A DNA stretch of 64,000 nt from Octopus vulgaris (GCA_951406725.2 OX597818.1:83700001-83764000), one strand, 5' to 3'; positions 44,506 through 57,918 are shown, counted from the stretch's first letter. The notes: generated by a model not told the origin, from the sequence alone. Translations and numbers: made by a program.

Positions 44506-44919
44506 AATGTCCGAGAATGGATTATGATTCAGAAGATTCTGATTCATAAGCAGCGTCTTTAAAAATGAGGAATATTTCTAAATTTTGCCGGAGTTTATTT
44601 ATTGTTTCGCCTTCATACTTTTGTTCTGTGTGTTAATATACTTCCGTGATTGCATGTAAGGCATCAAAAGGTGGGTACTTGAAATGTCTGAATTTGAAGA
44701 AGATCTGAATAAGGAAATATCTTAATTAGGTCGACCAGGGAATGAACCCAAACAGCAAAAGAACAGACATTTGAATACGCTGATTAACATTCAACAGCTT
44801 GAGCGGAGTATGTACATGTTGCGTTGTTTCATAGCAAGAGAATTATGAGGGTGATACTATGAGGAACGGTTCTGTTACTGCTGAGAATTGCAATGAAAAA
44901 TATTATTATTATTATTATT

Positions 44920-45390
44920 GAGTGAGAGAGCAGTTCATGCCATCAAAGTGACACTGGGGTAAAATATACGAAGCCCAATATACCCATCATGACTACCCGT
45001 CTGATAAGGGTACACCAGGCTCATGCATCACAACCAAATGTGCGCGACATGGTGATCTCATATCAAGATAAACAGCACATGACCTTGCAGGTGGGGCCCA
45101 GTTAGAATTTTCTTCAGGTTGAGTAGCCCATCCCGCTCAAAAGGTCCCTGAATAAGTTGAAAGAACCACCCATGTTTCCAGAGGTGAATTATTCAAACCC
45201 CAAAGAATCCCTCTCAACACATGGCTATGATGCTCCCCCACTACTTCTGCTCGTGATCAGAGATGCACATATCGTCAGCCACTAAGGGACATGCTCAATT
45301 GGTTAAGGTCAAACAACTGACAAGCAAATCTGTGGTATTGAGCAGAATATTTGCTGTAGCCCATCTTTTATACCAAGACAAAACAATGTA

Positions 45391-45392
<2 letters not shown>
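44920..45392 (-). mobile_element. second copy of the ~500-bp (AAT)n-tailed element
   Basis: Colinear and highly similar to 8463-8964, with one ~14-bp deletion near 45155; ATT repeats on both sides. Confidence 0.9.
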
Positions 45393-45481
<89 letters not shown>

Positions 45482-45554
45482 TATTTATATTATTATTACT
45501 ATTATTATTATCATTATCATTATTATTATTATTATCATTATTATTATTATTATT

Positions 45555-46395
45555 CCTTCGTAACACAATATAGGTAAAAATGTACCGGAGTCTTTAGTCA
45601 TCTGTAAAGTCACAAGTTCCTCAGAGGTATAATACTTTCCTTAAAACGTGCACTGTGCCCAATAAGGCTGCTTTTTGCAAGACACTAATCTTGTATGGGA
45701 TTTCCAGTTGCTTTAAGAAGTCTGGAAGTTTCAATGAAATTGAGCCCAATGCTCAGATCACCACTGGTATCACTTTTAAATTACCCTCTCGCATTCCATA
45801 CAGTTTTGCCATTTCCACTTTCAATTCGGAGTACTTGGTGATTATTTCAACCTCTTTACTCACAACACCTATGTCATTTAGTATAGCTACATCAATGTTG
45901 TAACAGCATTTATTTCTCTTATTCAATATGTCAATATCCGGCCTATGGTGTTCGATTACACGATCCGTCTGAAAATCATACTCCCAGAGTATCGTTACTT
46001 TTCCATCCTCCTGCATAACTTTACTTGGTACATGCTCAGACACGTTCTCTGTTACTTCATATTGGTATTTACAGCATAAGAGCCAATGAAGATATACACA
46101 CACTTCATCATGCCGGCGCTTGTATCCTTTTTGTGGAAGGCTCTCACATCCATTTACCAAGTGGGTCACATTTTCCGCAGTCTTTCCACAGTGTCTGCAT
46201 TCTGGGTGTCTTAAGTTTAATAGATGTTATACTTCACTGAATTGGCAGCGAGAGCCTGATATGGTGCAGAAACGATTAGGCTTTCTGTGGTAGACTTCAA
46301 ATCACCTCGCTCAAGCCATACCCACGATGCTGTATTATCCTTAACATTTTGTGTATTCCTTTCAAACTCTCCATGCATTCTTATTTCATTTATTG
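45555..46395 (-). mobile_element. R4/Dong-clade LINE 3' fragment (CCHC knuckle plus RLE)
   Basis: MHGEF...SWVWLERGDLKSTTESLI...CRHCGKTAENVTHLVNGC...YKRRHD...ILWEYDFQTDRVIEHHRPDI...IDVA...KY..L...LQKAALLGTVHVLRKVL; then a UTR and (AAT)n tail. Confidence 0.93.
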
Positions 46396-46455
46396 CAACA
46401 ACGAAATTAAATGCACGATAAAACAAAATTATTATTACTAATATTATCATTATCG

Positions 46456-46520
<65 letters not shown>

Positions 46521-46650
46521 ATTATTAATATTATTATTATTATTATTATTATCATTATTATTATTATTAGCATTATTATTATTATCATCATTATTATTAT
46601 CATTATCATTATTATTATTATTAGTATCATTATTATTATTATTAGTAGTA

Positions 46651-46711
<61 letters not shown>

Positions 46712-46712
<1 letters not shown>

Positions 46713-46860
46713 TCACCACCGGAGTCGACTTTGCCTTTTATCCTTTTGGAGTTAATTAAAATAATTACCTGTTACGTACTGCTGTCAATGTAATCGAAAA
46801 AAAATCTTCCCCCACAATTCCAGGTCTTGTGACTATAGTAGTAAGGATTATTATCATTAT
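46712..46860 (+). mobile_element. SINE family M 3' part
   Basis: gagtcgactttgccttttatccttttggag...ggtcttgtgactatagtagtaaggattatt. Confidence 0.75.
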
Positions 46861-46863
46861 TAC

Positions 46864-47700
46864 TATGGAAGGGACGTGTTCTACTCGTCAAACGGTCCAT
46901 CAGCTGTCAGCAGCCGCTGAAGGGAGGACTGGGTATGCTGTGGCTAATAATGTGCAGAGATGCGCTGAGGCTGCAACATCTCCGGCATTTCTTTAACTGC
47001 GAGCAGGTGTGGTCGCTGTTTGTCAAACGGGACTTTCCGCAACTCGTCTCATTGATGGAGTTACAGTCCTAGGTCAATCGTAGACCAGGAAAGAGCGCTT
47101 GGAATTTGGAGTGTCGGCAAGCGCTCATGACCTCCTGCCAGTCGGGCAGTGCTGTCGGTGCACGTTCCACCATGGAGTTCTACAGAGTATTAGTAGACGG
47201 AAAGAGCGATGACGTACTCGGGGAATCTCTGGCGTCAACAAACTGGTCTTTTCCGGAGAACTTTCGGGCCAGAGCCTATGGATAACTTCTAAAAATCCCT
47301 TGCCTGGCAGTGCTACCGGAGAGATCCGTCGGTTCGAGGCAATCTCTACAGACATGGCAGTACTGTCAGACGGACCCTCCGAGGTGTGCGCAAGGCGATG
47401 AAACCGTCCTGCAAGCATTCGTCAAGTGTCCGTGCATTACTGACCTGTGATGCTTTGTCGAAGAGCTGCTACCACGAGTAGGACGGATCCGGTTATCAAC
47501 TGAGTCTATTGTGAAGATCACCCCGCTGCCTTATTTTTGCTGGAGGAGAAAGGCAGTATTCTCCTGCATGATGGGTATTGTTTTTTAAATTGTTTACACG
47601 TTTTCTCTTTTAAACCCCACTTGTCCCTTGTTGTTTGTATTGTCCTTGTATGTTTTTGTGGTCGGCCCTTGTGACCAAGTAAGAAGGATTTTTTATTAAT
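46864..47700 (+). mobile_element. L1/Tx1-clade LINE 3' fragment with (ATT)n tail
   Basis: LWKGRVLLVKRSISCQQPLKGGLGM...LRLQHL; SLAWQCYR...PRCAQGDETVLQAFVKCP (decayed CCHC); then a T-rich UTR. Confidence 0.8.
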
Positions 47701-47770
47701 ATTATTATTATTATTATTATTATTATTACTACTACTACTACTACTACTATCATTATTATTATTATTATTA

Positions 47771-47805
<35 letters not shown>

Positions 47806-47818
47806 ATTATTATTAATA

Positions 47819-47860
<42 letters not shown>

Positions 47861-48360
47861 TGACAATGGTGCTGTTTGTGTTGGTAGTTGAGCTTGCAGT
47901 AGTGGTTGGTCGTAGTGATGGTAGTGCTGGTGGTGTATGCGGTAGTTGTGTGGTAATGGTTGTTGTTGTTGTTGTGGTAGTGGTGGTGGTGGTGGTTGTG
48001 ACAGTGGGGATGTTGATGTGGGGGTATGTTATTGTGAACGTGTAGCCTTGGCTACTGATGATGCAGATGATCCCAGTGGGAATGAAAACGACGATAATGC
48101 TCACGATTATAATGGTGATGGCACTGAACAGGGTAGTGGTAGTGGTGGAGCTGGTGGTGGCGGTGATGCTAGTGGTATTCGTGGTGATGGTGGTGGTGGT
48201 GGCGTTGGCTTAGTGTCGGTGGTGCTGTCGTCATGGTAATGATAGCTTTAAGAATAATATAGATGCGAACGGTGGTGATAGTGACGGACGTGCCGACGAC
48301 AGCGGTGACAGAGGTAATGATAATGTTGATAATAATGATGATAATGATGAGGATGACAAA
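47700..48360. repeat. compound (ATT/AAT)n, (GGT/GTT)n, (GAT)n microsatellite region
   Basis: Direct inspection. Confidence 0.9.
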
Positions 48361-48808
48361 GGGACTGTGTGTGGTGGGAGGGCGCAACAGGGGTTTCATG
48401 TGATAGAAATGGTGGCTGTTAAAATTCATGGAGGCCTTTCTTCATTGACAGCTGTTTTGTAAAACAATCTTTCCCAGGATCCCGTTCCCACAGTTCTATA
48501 ACGCTTTGTTCTCTGGCTTGTCATCTTGATTTAAACAAATGGAAACACGCACACGCGCATGCGCGCGCGCGTGTGTGTATGTGTATGTGTGAATACATGT
48601 ATCATTATGTTTGCAGATATATCTATTTCATTAATTGTGCTTATTTTCTTTGTACCTTTGTACATTCATGTATGCCCGTGTATGTATATCTATCTGTCTG
48701 TCTGTCTTTCCATAGATCTATCTATGTAGTTATCCATCTATCTATCTGTCAATTTATCATTCTCTCCCTCTCTCTCTTTATATATATATATGTGTGTGTG
48801 TGTGTGTA

Positions 48809-48839
<31 letters not shown>

Positions 48840-48995
48840 ATGTATATATATATACATATATATACATATATACATATATATATTTTTATGTATATATATA
48901 TATATATGTGTGTGCATGTATATATATATATATATATGCATGTATGTATATATGTATATATATATATATACATTACATATATATATATATATTAT

Positions 48996-49443
48996 GTCAG
49001 GTCACTTTCGAGTGCTATTGGTAACATGTAACCCAGTACAACCTGTTACATATTCGGGTCGTCGGCAACTAAACCGGCGACCCCACGAAGCTTGCTTGTT
49101 GAGGAGAGTGTTTATTGGACCCCCATTATGCGCGGGGACATAGAAATAATCGGACTGAATACCCGATCGCACGGTTAAACCTAGGAATTCTAGCCTTTGT
49201 TAGGGCATCCTTCTAGGAGATGGTAATTCATGTAACTGGGATAATTCCGACATAAAACCTACGGCTCAGTGGTTACCGATGATGACTTGTTCTTCTTTTC
49301 GGATTATGGCTGCTGTTGCTTAGTGAGTGCACAGCCTTTCCTCACTTTAAAAAAATTATACTTGCACAGGCATTGCACGATAACAACATTGATTACGCTT
49401 CGTGCAATGGCCACGCTCGATAACGAGGGGGCAGCCACCACCA
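48996..49443 (+). other. unclassified ~450-bp GC-richer, hairpin-rich element inside (TA)n
   Basis: Sharp boundaries within TA repeats. Stems: GGGTCGTCGG/CCGGCGACCC, CATTGCACGA/TCGTGCAATG, GTAACA/TGTTAC. Ends in a (CAC)n-like sequence. Strand is tentative. Confidence 0.5.
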
Positions 49444-49481
49444 TATATATATATATATATATATATATTTGTGTGTTTTTA

Positions 49482-49524
<43 letters not shown>

Positions 49525-49527
<3 letters not shown>

Positions 49528-49725
49528 CAGATGTGAATCGTGGGCGATTTTCTTCTTCCTCGGTCTTCCTTTCTATTGGACTTTCCTTTATTTCTGAAGA
49601 AGACCGTTGCTCGAAGCGTTAAACCAACCTTCATCTCTTCTCTGAGCGTCTGCAAATACCTTACATGTACCATGTCTTCACGTTGATGTGTTGTATTTTT
49701 TGTGTTTGTTCTTCTTGTTTTGGAT
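49525..49725 (+). mobile_element. solo Penelope pLTR-like repeat with decayed hammerhead motif (49590-49624)
   Basis: AUUU-CUGAAGA-A-GAcC(GUU)GCUC-GAAgCGU-U-AAAC; flanked by (TA)n on both sides. Confidence 0.75.
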
Positions 49726-49741
49726 ATATATATATATATAC

Positions 49742-50023
49742 TCTTTACTCGTTCACTCTTCTACTTGTTTCAGTCATTTGACTGTGGCCATGCTGGAGTA
49801 CCTCCTTTAGTCCAGCAAATCGACCCCAGAACTTATTCTTTATAAGCCTAGTACTTATTCTATCAATCTCTTAGTTCTCACCGCTAAGTAACGTGGACGT
49901 AAACACACTAGCATCGGTTGTCAAACGATGTTGGGTGGACAAACACTACGCACATGCATATATACACACACACACTCACACACACAGACACACACACACA
50001 CACAGACACACACACACACACAC

Positions 50024-50064
<41 letters not shown>

Positions 50065-50215
50065 GAAGGGCTTCTTTCAGTTTCCGTCTACCAAATCCAT
50101 TCACAAGGCTTTGGTCGCTCCGCGGCTATAGTAGAAGTCACTTGCCCAAGATTCCACGCAATGGGACTGGACCCGTAACCATGTCGTTTGTAAGCAAGCT
50201 ACTTACCACATACCC
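49742..50215 (-). mobile_element. SINE family C, full length
   Basis: Reverse complement of 51530-51922, including the central (TA)n/(TG)n. Confidence 0.9.
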
Positions 50216-50248
50216 ACTCCTATATATGTATATATATACATGGTATCG

Positions 50249-50469
50249 ATATAAGCTTAAAGCTTATAGCGATCACTATGCAATGACTAACGATAATAGT
50301 CTAACAATGGGGCAATAAGCCCTCGACAGAAAAAAAATAGGCTTTCCCACACGGATGCGAAAGCCTAGATCCATGTGGGAAAGCCTACTTTTTTTCTGTC
50401 GTGGGCCCCATTGTTACACTATTTTCTTTAGTCATTGTACGGTAATCGCTATAAGCATAAATCTTATAT
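50249..50469. mobile_element. palindromic foldback element / MITE
   Basis: Imperfect arms of ~105 bp (e.g. cgacagaaaaaaaataggctttcccacacggat / atccatgtgggaaagcctactttttttctgtcg) around a ~12-nt loop. Confidence 0.8.
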
Positions 50470-50613
50470 AAATATCATTATTAGTATTATTTACAGGATT
50501 GTAAAACTAGGCACCGTATAAGAGAATCATTCGCGCAAACTCACACATATATATGTGTGTGTATATATATATATAGAGAGAGAGAGATAGAGAGAGATGT
50601 ATAACAATATATG

Positions 50614-50657
<44 letters not shown>

Positions 50658-50660
50658 CGG

Positions 50661-50743
<83 letters not shown>

Positions 50744-51395
50744 CATACTATGTATATGTACATCTATGTGCATTAAAATACAATTGTCTATATATACACA
50801 CAAATACATGCATACGTACGTTTGTATTTGTTACAATGCAAGAAAAGTGGAGCGCATCAAAAACATGTATATAAGTTTCTGTGTGCGCGCGTGCGTTTAA
50901 ATGTGTGTACTTATATATACACACACGAATGGGTGAATGAGTGTGTGTGTATTTATAAACCAAATACATTAGTTCCGCTATTCCTCACCTCAGCCTAAAA
51001 CTCTTAGCTCCAGCAGACATTCTTACACCACTGACCTTATTTGAATAATGGTAATTTATTCTTTGTTACAATTTATAGGGGAAACAAAGTAGAGACGAAA
51101 GGAAACCAAAATTAGATAAGCGACTTTAAGAATACTTTATTCTTGTGATCTGACCTTTTGCAATTGCCTAATATAAAACGACTTACAGACAATATGGCGT
51201 ACATTTAGACGGAAGGGATTCTGGGATAATTTCACTTTAAGATTCATAAACAATGGAAATGACCTTTTGACCTTAATGTCTCTGATGTTCGTCTCCATTT
51301 AGCTGTCTGACCTATTTAGCTATACATACATTCATACATACATACATATATACATACATACACACACACACACACATACATAAAGATATATATAT

Positions 51396-51518
<123 letters not shown>

Positions 51519-51529
51519 GCATGTATATG

Positions 51530-51922
51530 AGTGGCTGGGTTGTACGTGGCTTGCTTACCAACCACAATGTTCGGGTTCAGTCCTACTGCGTGGCACCTTG
51601 GGCAAGTGTCTTCTACAATAGCCTCGGGCCGGCCAAAATGTTGGGAGTAGATTTGGTAGACGGAAACTGAAAGATGCCATTCCTATATATATATGTGTGT
51701 GTGTGTGTGTCTTTGTGTATGTGTGTGTGTGTTTGTGTGTTTGTGTTTGACAAACGATGCTGATATGTTTACGTCCACTTACCTTAGCGGTTCGGCAACA
51801 GAGACTGATAGAATAAGTACCAGGCTTGCAAAAGAACAAGTCTTGGTGTCGATTTCCTCGACTCAAGGCGTTGCTGCAGCATAGCCGTAGGCGAATGACT
51901 GAAACAAATCATAGAATAAAAG
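51530..51922 (+). mobile_element. SINE family C, full length (CORE-like GCACCTTGGGCAAGTGTCTT)
   Basis: tRNA-like head with GGGTTCAGTCC, CORE-like segment, central microsatellite and a gactgaaacaa...ataaaa tail. Confidence 0.9.
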
Positions 51923-51994
51923 GATATATATATATCCAAATTGATATGGTAGCATATTGGCATACATGCATATCTGTCTATATATATATATATA

Positions 51995-53231
51995 TAGGAG
52001 TTGGGCAAAATAATGGAAACATCTTAAAATTTTATACAAATTTGTTTTAATATGGTGTAGGACCGCCTTTGACAGTAATTACAGCTTGAATTCTGTGAGG
52101 TATGAACTTGTACGATGTTTGAATTGTTTCCAAAGGAATTTCTGTCGATTATTCAGCTAAAACATACTCCACTTCTTGCACAGATGATGGTGGAGGATAT
52201 CAACCCCTTAATTGTTTTTCTAAAATGCACCATAAATGTTCATTAATATTGAGATCTGGGAACTGTGGTGGCCAAATAAGATGTTCAACTTCACTAGAAT
52301 ATTTCTCGTGCCACTCAGTAACACATTTAGCTATGTGAATTGGTGCATTATCATCCTGAAAGATTGGGTTTGCCTCCGGATCGGATAAAATGCTTAGTCT
52401 TGACTATTAATTCTGCCATAAGGAGAAACCACTAGGCCAGCGAATTTCCAAGATATAGCTCCCCAGACCATCACAGATCCTCCTCCATGGTTAACAGCTG
52501 GAAGAAGGTAGTCTGAGTCAAATGCTTCTTTTGGCTGTCTCCACATGTATATTTGGCCGGTGGTCGGAAATAATGTAAAGGATGACTCATCCGAGAAAAT
52601 AAAATTCTTCCACTACTCTAGGGATCAATTCTGTGGGTTTTTACTCTACTTTAAACGCTTTGCAACATTTGTTTTTGAAAGTGGTGGTTTTCTGATTGCA
52701 GCCCTCCCGTGAAATCCGGATTTTTGCAGCTCCAGGCGAAATGTTTTTGTGGAAACTGGGTTCTCAATATGGTCGTTAAGATCTGCAGTAATTTGGGGAT
52801 CTGTACTTTTATGATCCTTTCTAACAATTTGCGTAAGAGTCCGACCCTCCTATCTGAAAGTTTTGGTTGTCTTCCGGACTTTGTCTCGATGAGGAGGTTT
52901 TTCTCTCTTTCTCAAAGGCTGTCATTACTTTCGAGACAGTACTTCTTGATACACCAAATATTTCGGGGATTATCGTGACGCTAGCGCCTGCCATACGAGC
53001 ACCAACAATTTGAGGTTTCTGAAAGTCCGATAGATCTGTCATTTTAATAAATTTTAATTACCTTCTTCTGATGGCATCTGAAAAGTAACATCAATTTTAG
53101 CGAAATATATTGAGCAGCACTAATAATAAATAAAAAAATATAAAAATAAACAAGGTTTTGGCAGTTTTAGAGATATTTCAAAATTATGATGGTACGATAC
53201 CCGGTGTTTCCATTATTTTGTCCAACCCCTG
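51995..53231 (-). mobile_element. near full-length Tc1 (DD34E) transposon, transposase pseudogene 53042-52047
   Basis: TIRs of ~28 bp (CAGGGGTTGGACAAAATAATGGAAACAC) flanked by TA. Frameshifted MTDLSDFQKPQIVGARMAGASVT...FSDES...GGSVMVWGAI...FQDDNAPIH...WPPQFPDLNINEHLW...KGGPTPY*. Confidence 0.95.
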
Positions 53232-53359
53232 TATATCTTTCTCTTTGTCTCTCTTTAAACACACACACACACGCCATACACACACAAATATACACAGCAC
53301 ACACACGTGCACATACTCCGCACACACATTTATATATATATACCTAGACATTGAATTGC

Positions 53360-53404
<45 letters not shown>

Positions 53405-53468
53405 TATATATACACACACACAAGTATATATATGTACATGTATAGATATGTATGTATATTTACATATA

Positions 53469-53501
<33 letters not shown>

Positions 53502-54280
53502 GCATATCACTTGAGCCTACATGTGAGTATGTGTACGAGTGAGCGTGTGACATTGCGATTCAGCGTGCATCTCTGTGCGCGTGCTGATGCGCGTGTGTTT
53601 GTGTATATAACATAAACATTATTGTTTCAAGTAAGTTTTAGAAAATCATTAAAAATTTTAATTTTTAAGTTTAAAGCAGATCAATTAAAGCAGGTCAATT
53701 TCAGAAAATATATTCTGCTGACGTTCTATTGTAATCAGTCAAAATCGTCACCAGGTGACGCGTGAAGTCTTAGCCAAAACGATATTTATTATGTTTATGT
53801 ATTCATGCGCAAATGCTCGCATGCATATGCTTCTATACCTGTTTAATGTTGATTGTTGAAAGAAGGAGTACCCGATACATAGCAGCGATTGAAAATATTT
53901 TTTGCTTTGGTCATCTCAGACATTTGAAACACTGAGATTCAACTGCGGGTGCGCAGGCTCTTCAAGCAAGTTAACACTCTCGACCAACACACTCACAAAC
54001 ACACACGCACACACTCTCACATATACACACACACACGCAGGCACACATACACACGTATGCACGGACAGACATACACACACAGGCACGCACACACACACAC
54101 GCACACACATAGCTGTGAATGTGTGATAGGGTGTATTCTTCAGAACAACTTGGTTCCGATTTGACTCCTACTGTGTGACACCTTAGGAGAGTCTCTTCTA
54201 CAGCCCCTGGATATCGAAACATGAGAGCGTGAATTTCGTTTTATTAAGTTTGTTTTTAGCTAAATTCTCGAGTGATGCAG

Positions 54281-54506
54281 ACTCATAAGGGCCGGGTTGC
54301 CGATTCCCATGGCGTGTAAATTCCTCGCCTAAACTGAGCGAAACGCCGGTCCGTCAGAAGATTACTTATTTTTGCCAGCTGACTGAAATGGGGCAACGTG
54401 AAATGATGTATTTTGCTCAAGGAAACAACACGACGCTCGTTCCAGGAATAGAAATCACAATCTTATGATCATATGTCCAACACACTTACCACTAAGCCAC
54501 ATGGCT
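54281..54506 (-). mobile_element. tRNA SINE family V
   Basis: Head gtggcttagtggtaagtgtgttggac; core ccttgagcaaaatacatcatttcacgttg; tail gacggaccggcg...ccggcccttatgag shared with family R. Confidence 0.7.
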
Positions 54507-54589
54507 ATACTTCTGAATTTTGTTGACAGAAACTGTATGGAATTCCGTCGTATGCCCATATGGATGGACATATATATGTGTGCGTGTGT

Positions 54590-55140
54590 GTAGAAAATGC
54601 CATACGGCAAGCTATAAAAATACCCATACAACTTAGGATAGCCCACAGAAGAGGAAAGCAAGAAGTCATACAATTCATAGTGACACACAGCCAATGTCAC
54701 CAGAATTTCTTCAACATTGCCAAAGCAAACCTAACAAACATTGCTCAGAATGATGAATTAAAAGATATAATCACAGATCGAGCAATGGTTCTTAGTAAAA
54801 GAGAGCCTAAAAGTTGAAAAAAATTATTAACAAAAGCAAAATTTCCCCTTAGCAACAAAGACCGATCATTCACTATATCTAAATGCAATGATAGCCGATG
54901 TGGCACATGCCAATTCATACATACTGGCCAATATATGAACACAAAGCGCAGAAAAATATTCACAAACGCAAATATGAACTGCAAAAGCAGAAATTTAATT
55001 TACTGCATCAAATACCCGAATAGTGAAGAACTATATGTGGGCTAGACGGGAAATGCACTTTCAGAACATTCACGTGCGCACCGACAGCGAATTAGAGACG
55101 TCAGATACCTTTGAGTAACCATCTAGCAACATGTGGCCGG
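54590..55140 (+). pseudogene. second Penelope-type linker/GIY-YIG remnant (different family)
   Basis: SKREPKS*KKLLTKAKF...ISKCNDSRCGTCQFI...NMNCKSRNLIYCIKYPNSEELYVG*TGNALSEH..AHRQRIRD. Confidence 0.88.
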
Positions 55141-55874
55141 AAAATGTTCCCACAGGCACACACACACATACATGCTTGCATACACACACACAACCATATA
55201 TATATGTATATATATTTAACTTTTCATAGAACTTCTTATATTCCTTCTTGACCTTTAAGGGAAAAATGCTTCTAGTGATGAACGCACCCCATCCATTTTC
55301 ATTATTTTCCCATCCTAAAAGAGGTCACCATCCTTGAACTCATGTCTCATGCCAGTAGCTATACGATGGGAAAAAACTAATTAAATAAATAAACCATTAA
55401 TTAAATAAATGGTAAAAGACATTCCAAACTGAAAAGAAATCCCTCCCCATCCCTCTCTCTACCTATCTATCTGTCTGTCTATTTGTCTTTCCATCTATAT
55501 ATCTATCTATCTCCATTGTCCTGGTATCTCACCCCCAAAAACAAAAAGAGCGAAAACAATGTTCTCTTCTAACCAACACAAAAAAATCACCTCATTTGTG
55601 TCAATGAACAAACTGTTTGCCCCTTCACAATTTTATTTGACAAATTCGAAAACGAACGAAAGCACTAATAATAATGACTAAATAAAAAAAGTTCTTTTCC
55701 AAAATTATGGCGACCACTTTTCTCAATATTCAATATCTGTACACCACTTCTAACACTCTACAAACATAAACACACACGCACATACACACTCACACACAAA
55801 CACACGCACGCACACACACACACACACTCATGAAATACACTTTAATTGAAATTAAATATCTATAACTTCTTAAC

Positions 55875-55904
55875 TATCTATCTATCTGTCTATCTATCTG
55901 TCTG

Positions 55905-55975
<71 letters not shown>
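55875..55975. repeat. (TATC)n tetranucleotide microsatellite
   Basis: Direct inspection. Confidence 0.95.
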
Positions 55976-55976
<1 letters not shown>

Positions 55977-56739
55977 ATAGTAATAAATGCCTAAACGAAT
56001 TTTTGAGTGTCAGTGTTTCACACTTTGACCCCCTCTCTCAGTATTCAATGACACTTCTACTATTACTCCTGCTGGGTGAGAGTATTAGTAGGCATAGAGA
56101 CAGTGAGGGCGGTGGTAGATTGATTGTTGTGATGGTAAGGGGGTGATAGTAATTTATGAGCTGTAGTTATATAGAGACGGAGGTGACGGTGTTGATTAAG
56201 TGGTGATGGTCATCGTAGCCGAGGTGATCAGGGATGACGGTGATAGTAAGCGATGTGAAAGACAGTGGTACTTGTGGTGGAGGAGAAGGCGGTGAAGGGA
56301 AATGTATTGATGGTGGTGACGTCAGAAGTCTGAATTGTGTATGGCAGTTGTGGTGATGATGGCGGTGGTACTGGTGATCATAATGTTTGAAAATAATCAA
56401 CAGAAAAAGAGAGAGAGAAACAAAAACAGGTTACACAAAAAAAATTGTACTGACCTGCGAATGAGAAGAGAAAAAATATTGTTTATTATGCAGCTTTGTA
56501 ATAAGTTAACAAATTATATCATTGTTTTGATGAAAATTGTTCCTTGCTTGAAAAATATTGGTCAAATTTGATAAAATTTGATATGTACTCAATGCATGAA
56601 ATGTCATTGTTGGGCCCAAAGGTCAATGAAAGCCCTCCACAGGAGCTAACTTAAAAGCCGCCCTATCTGGTGGCTTTTAAGCTACAATATGTCTATATCT
56701 ATCTGTCTATCTATCCATCTACCTATCTGTATATATATA

Positions 56740-56804
<65 letters not shown>

Positions 56805-56808
<4 letters not shown>

Positions 56809-56930
56809 GAAATAAGAAAATGGAGAAATACACCTTAATCAATAATCAACTACCAGATAATACTCAATCACATAATTTATTAACCCTGATTATTGCTTAA
56901 GGTGTATTTCTCCATTTTCTTATTTTGTAT
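56805..56930. repeat. 44-bp inverted repeat with 38-nt spacer, at the edge of (TA)n
   Basis: 56805-56848 versus the reverse complement of 56887-56930, 2 mismatches. Confidence 0.9.
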
Positions 56931-57103
56931 TATTAATTTGTGGTAAAACATTTTACCTTCGCCCATATAATACAATAAATGAATTAATTGCATCGCAATT
57001 CTTAACATTTATGTATTAACTTTGTTGGGTGCTTTACTGGCAGTATATTGGATATATGTTATCCCATGGTGGGTTGCACTCACAACTCCTATCTCAATTT
57101 GTA

Positions 57104-57146
<43 letters not shown>

Positions 57147-57679
57147 GATATACATGTAGTCCATAAAGTAGCTTTCCAATTTTAAGAATTTAGAAAACAG
57201 GAAAAATATGGATAACTCACCAAAGTTTATTAAAAAACAGGCAAACAAATACAGTTGTACTTGAATTCACAAAATAATTCCACATTCCCTACATTGATCA
57301 TATGCAAAAACTGATACAATAAATTCTAGAAGTTGTAAAGATAAATTATGAACACCTTGTCTACATATGTATGTGTGTGTGTGTTCGGGTGCGTGCGATG
57401 CTGTGTGTGTATGGGTGTGTGTATGCATGTATTTGTGTAATAAAGGTTCCTCTACTTTGTCAGAGATATTGCAAAACAGCTCACATTTCATACCCCCACC
57501 CTCTTAGAAAAGTACATATTGCATTAAAAAATCTTTGGCAAATGCCGGGATGGCTCGGAATGGTTACGGGTGGAATGGTTTTCATCATACATTTTCTCTT
57601 TTAGTGCTGAACTAGCGATACTCAAACACAACAAGAACAACGATAATACATTAAAAACTGGGTACTTTTGTTAATTATA

Positions 57680-57836
57680 GGCACCGTCGTAGCTGTATGG
57701 TAAAAATCTTGCTTTCCAAACACATGGTTCTGAGTTCAGTCCAACTTCCTGGCATCTTGGCCAAGCGTTCTGTTTATAGCATTAGGCTGACCAAAGCCTT
57801 GTGAGTGAGTGGATCTGGTAGATGAAACAATCCCGT

Positions 57837-57918
<82 letters not shown>

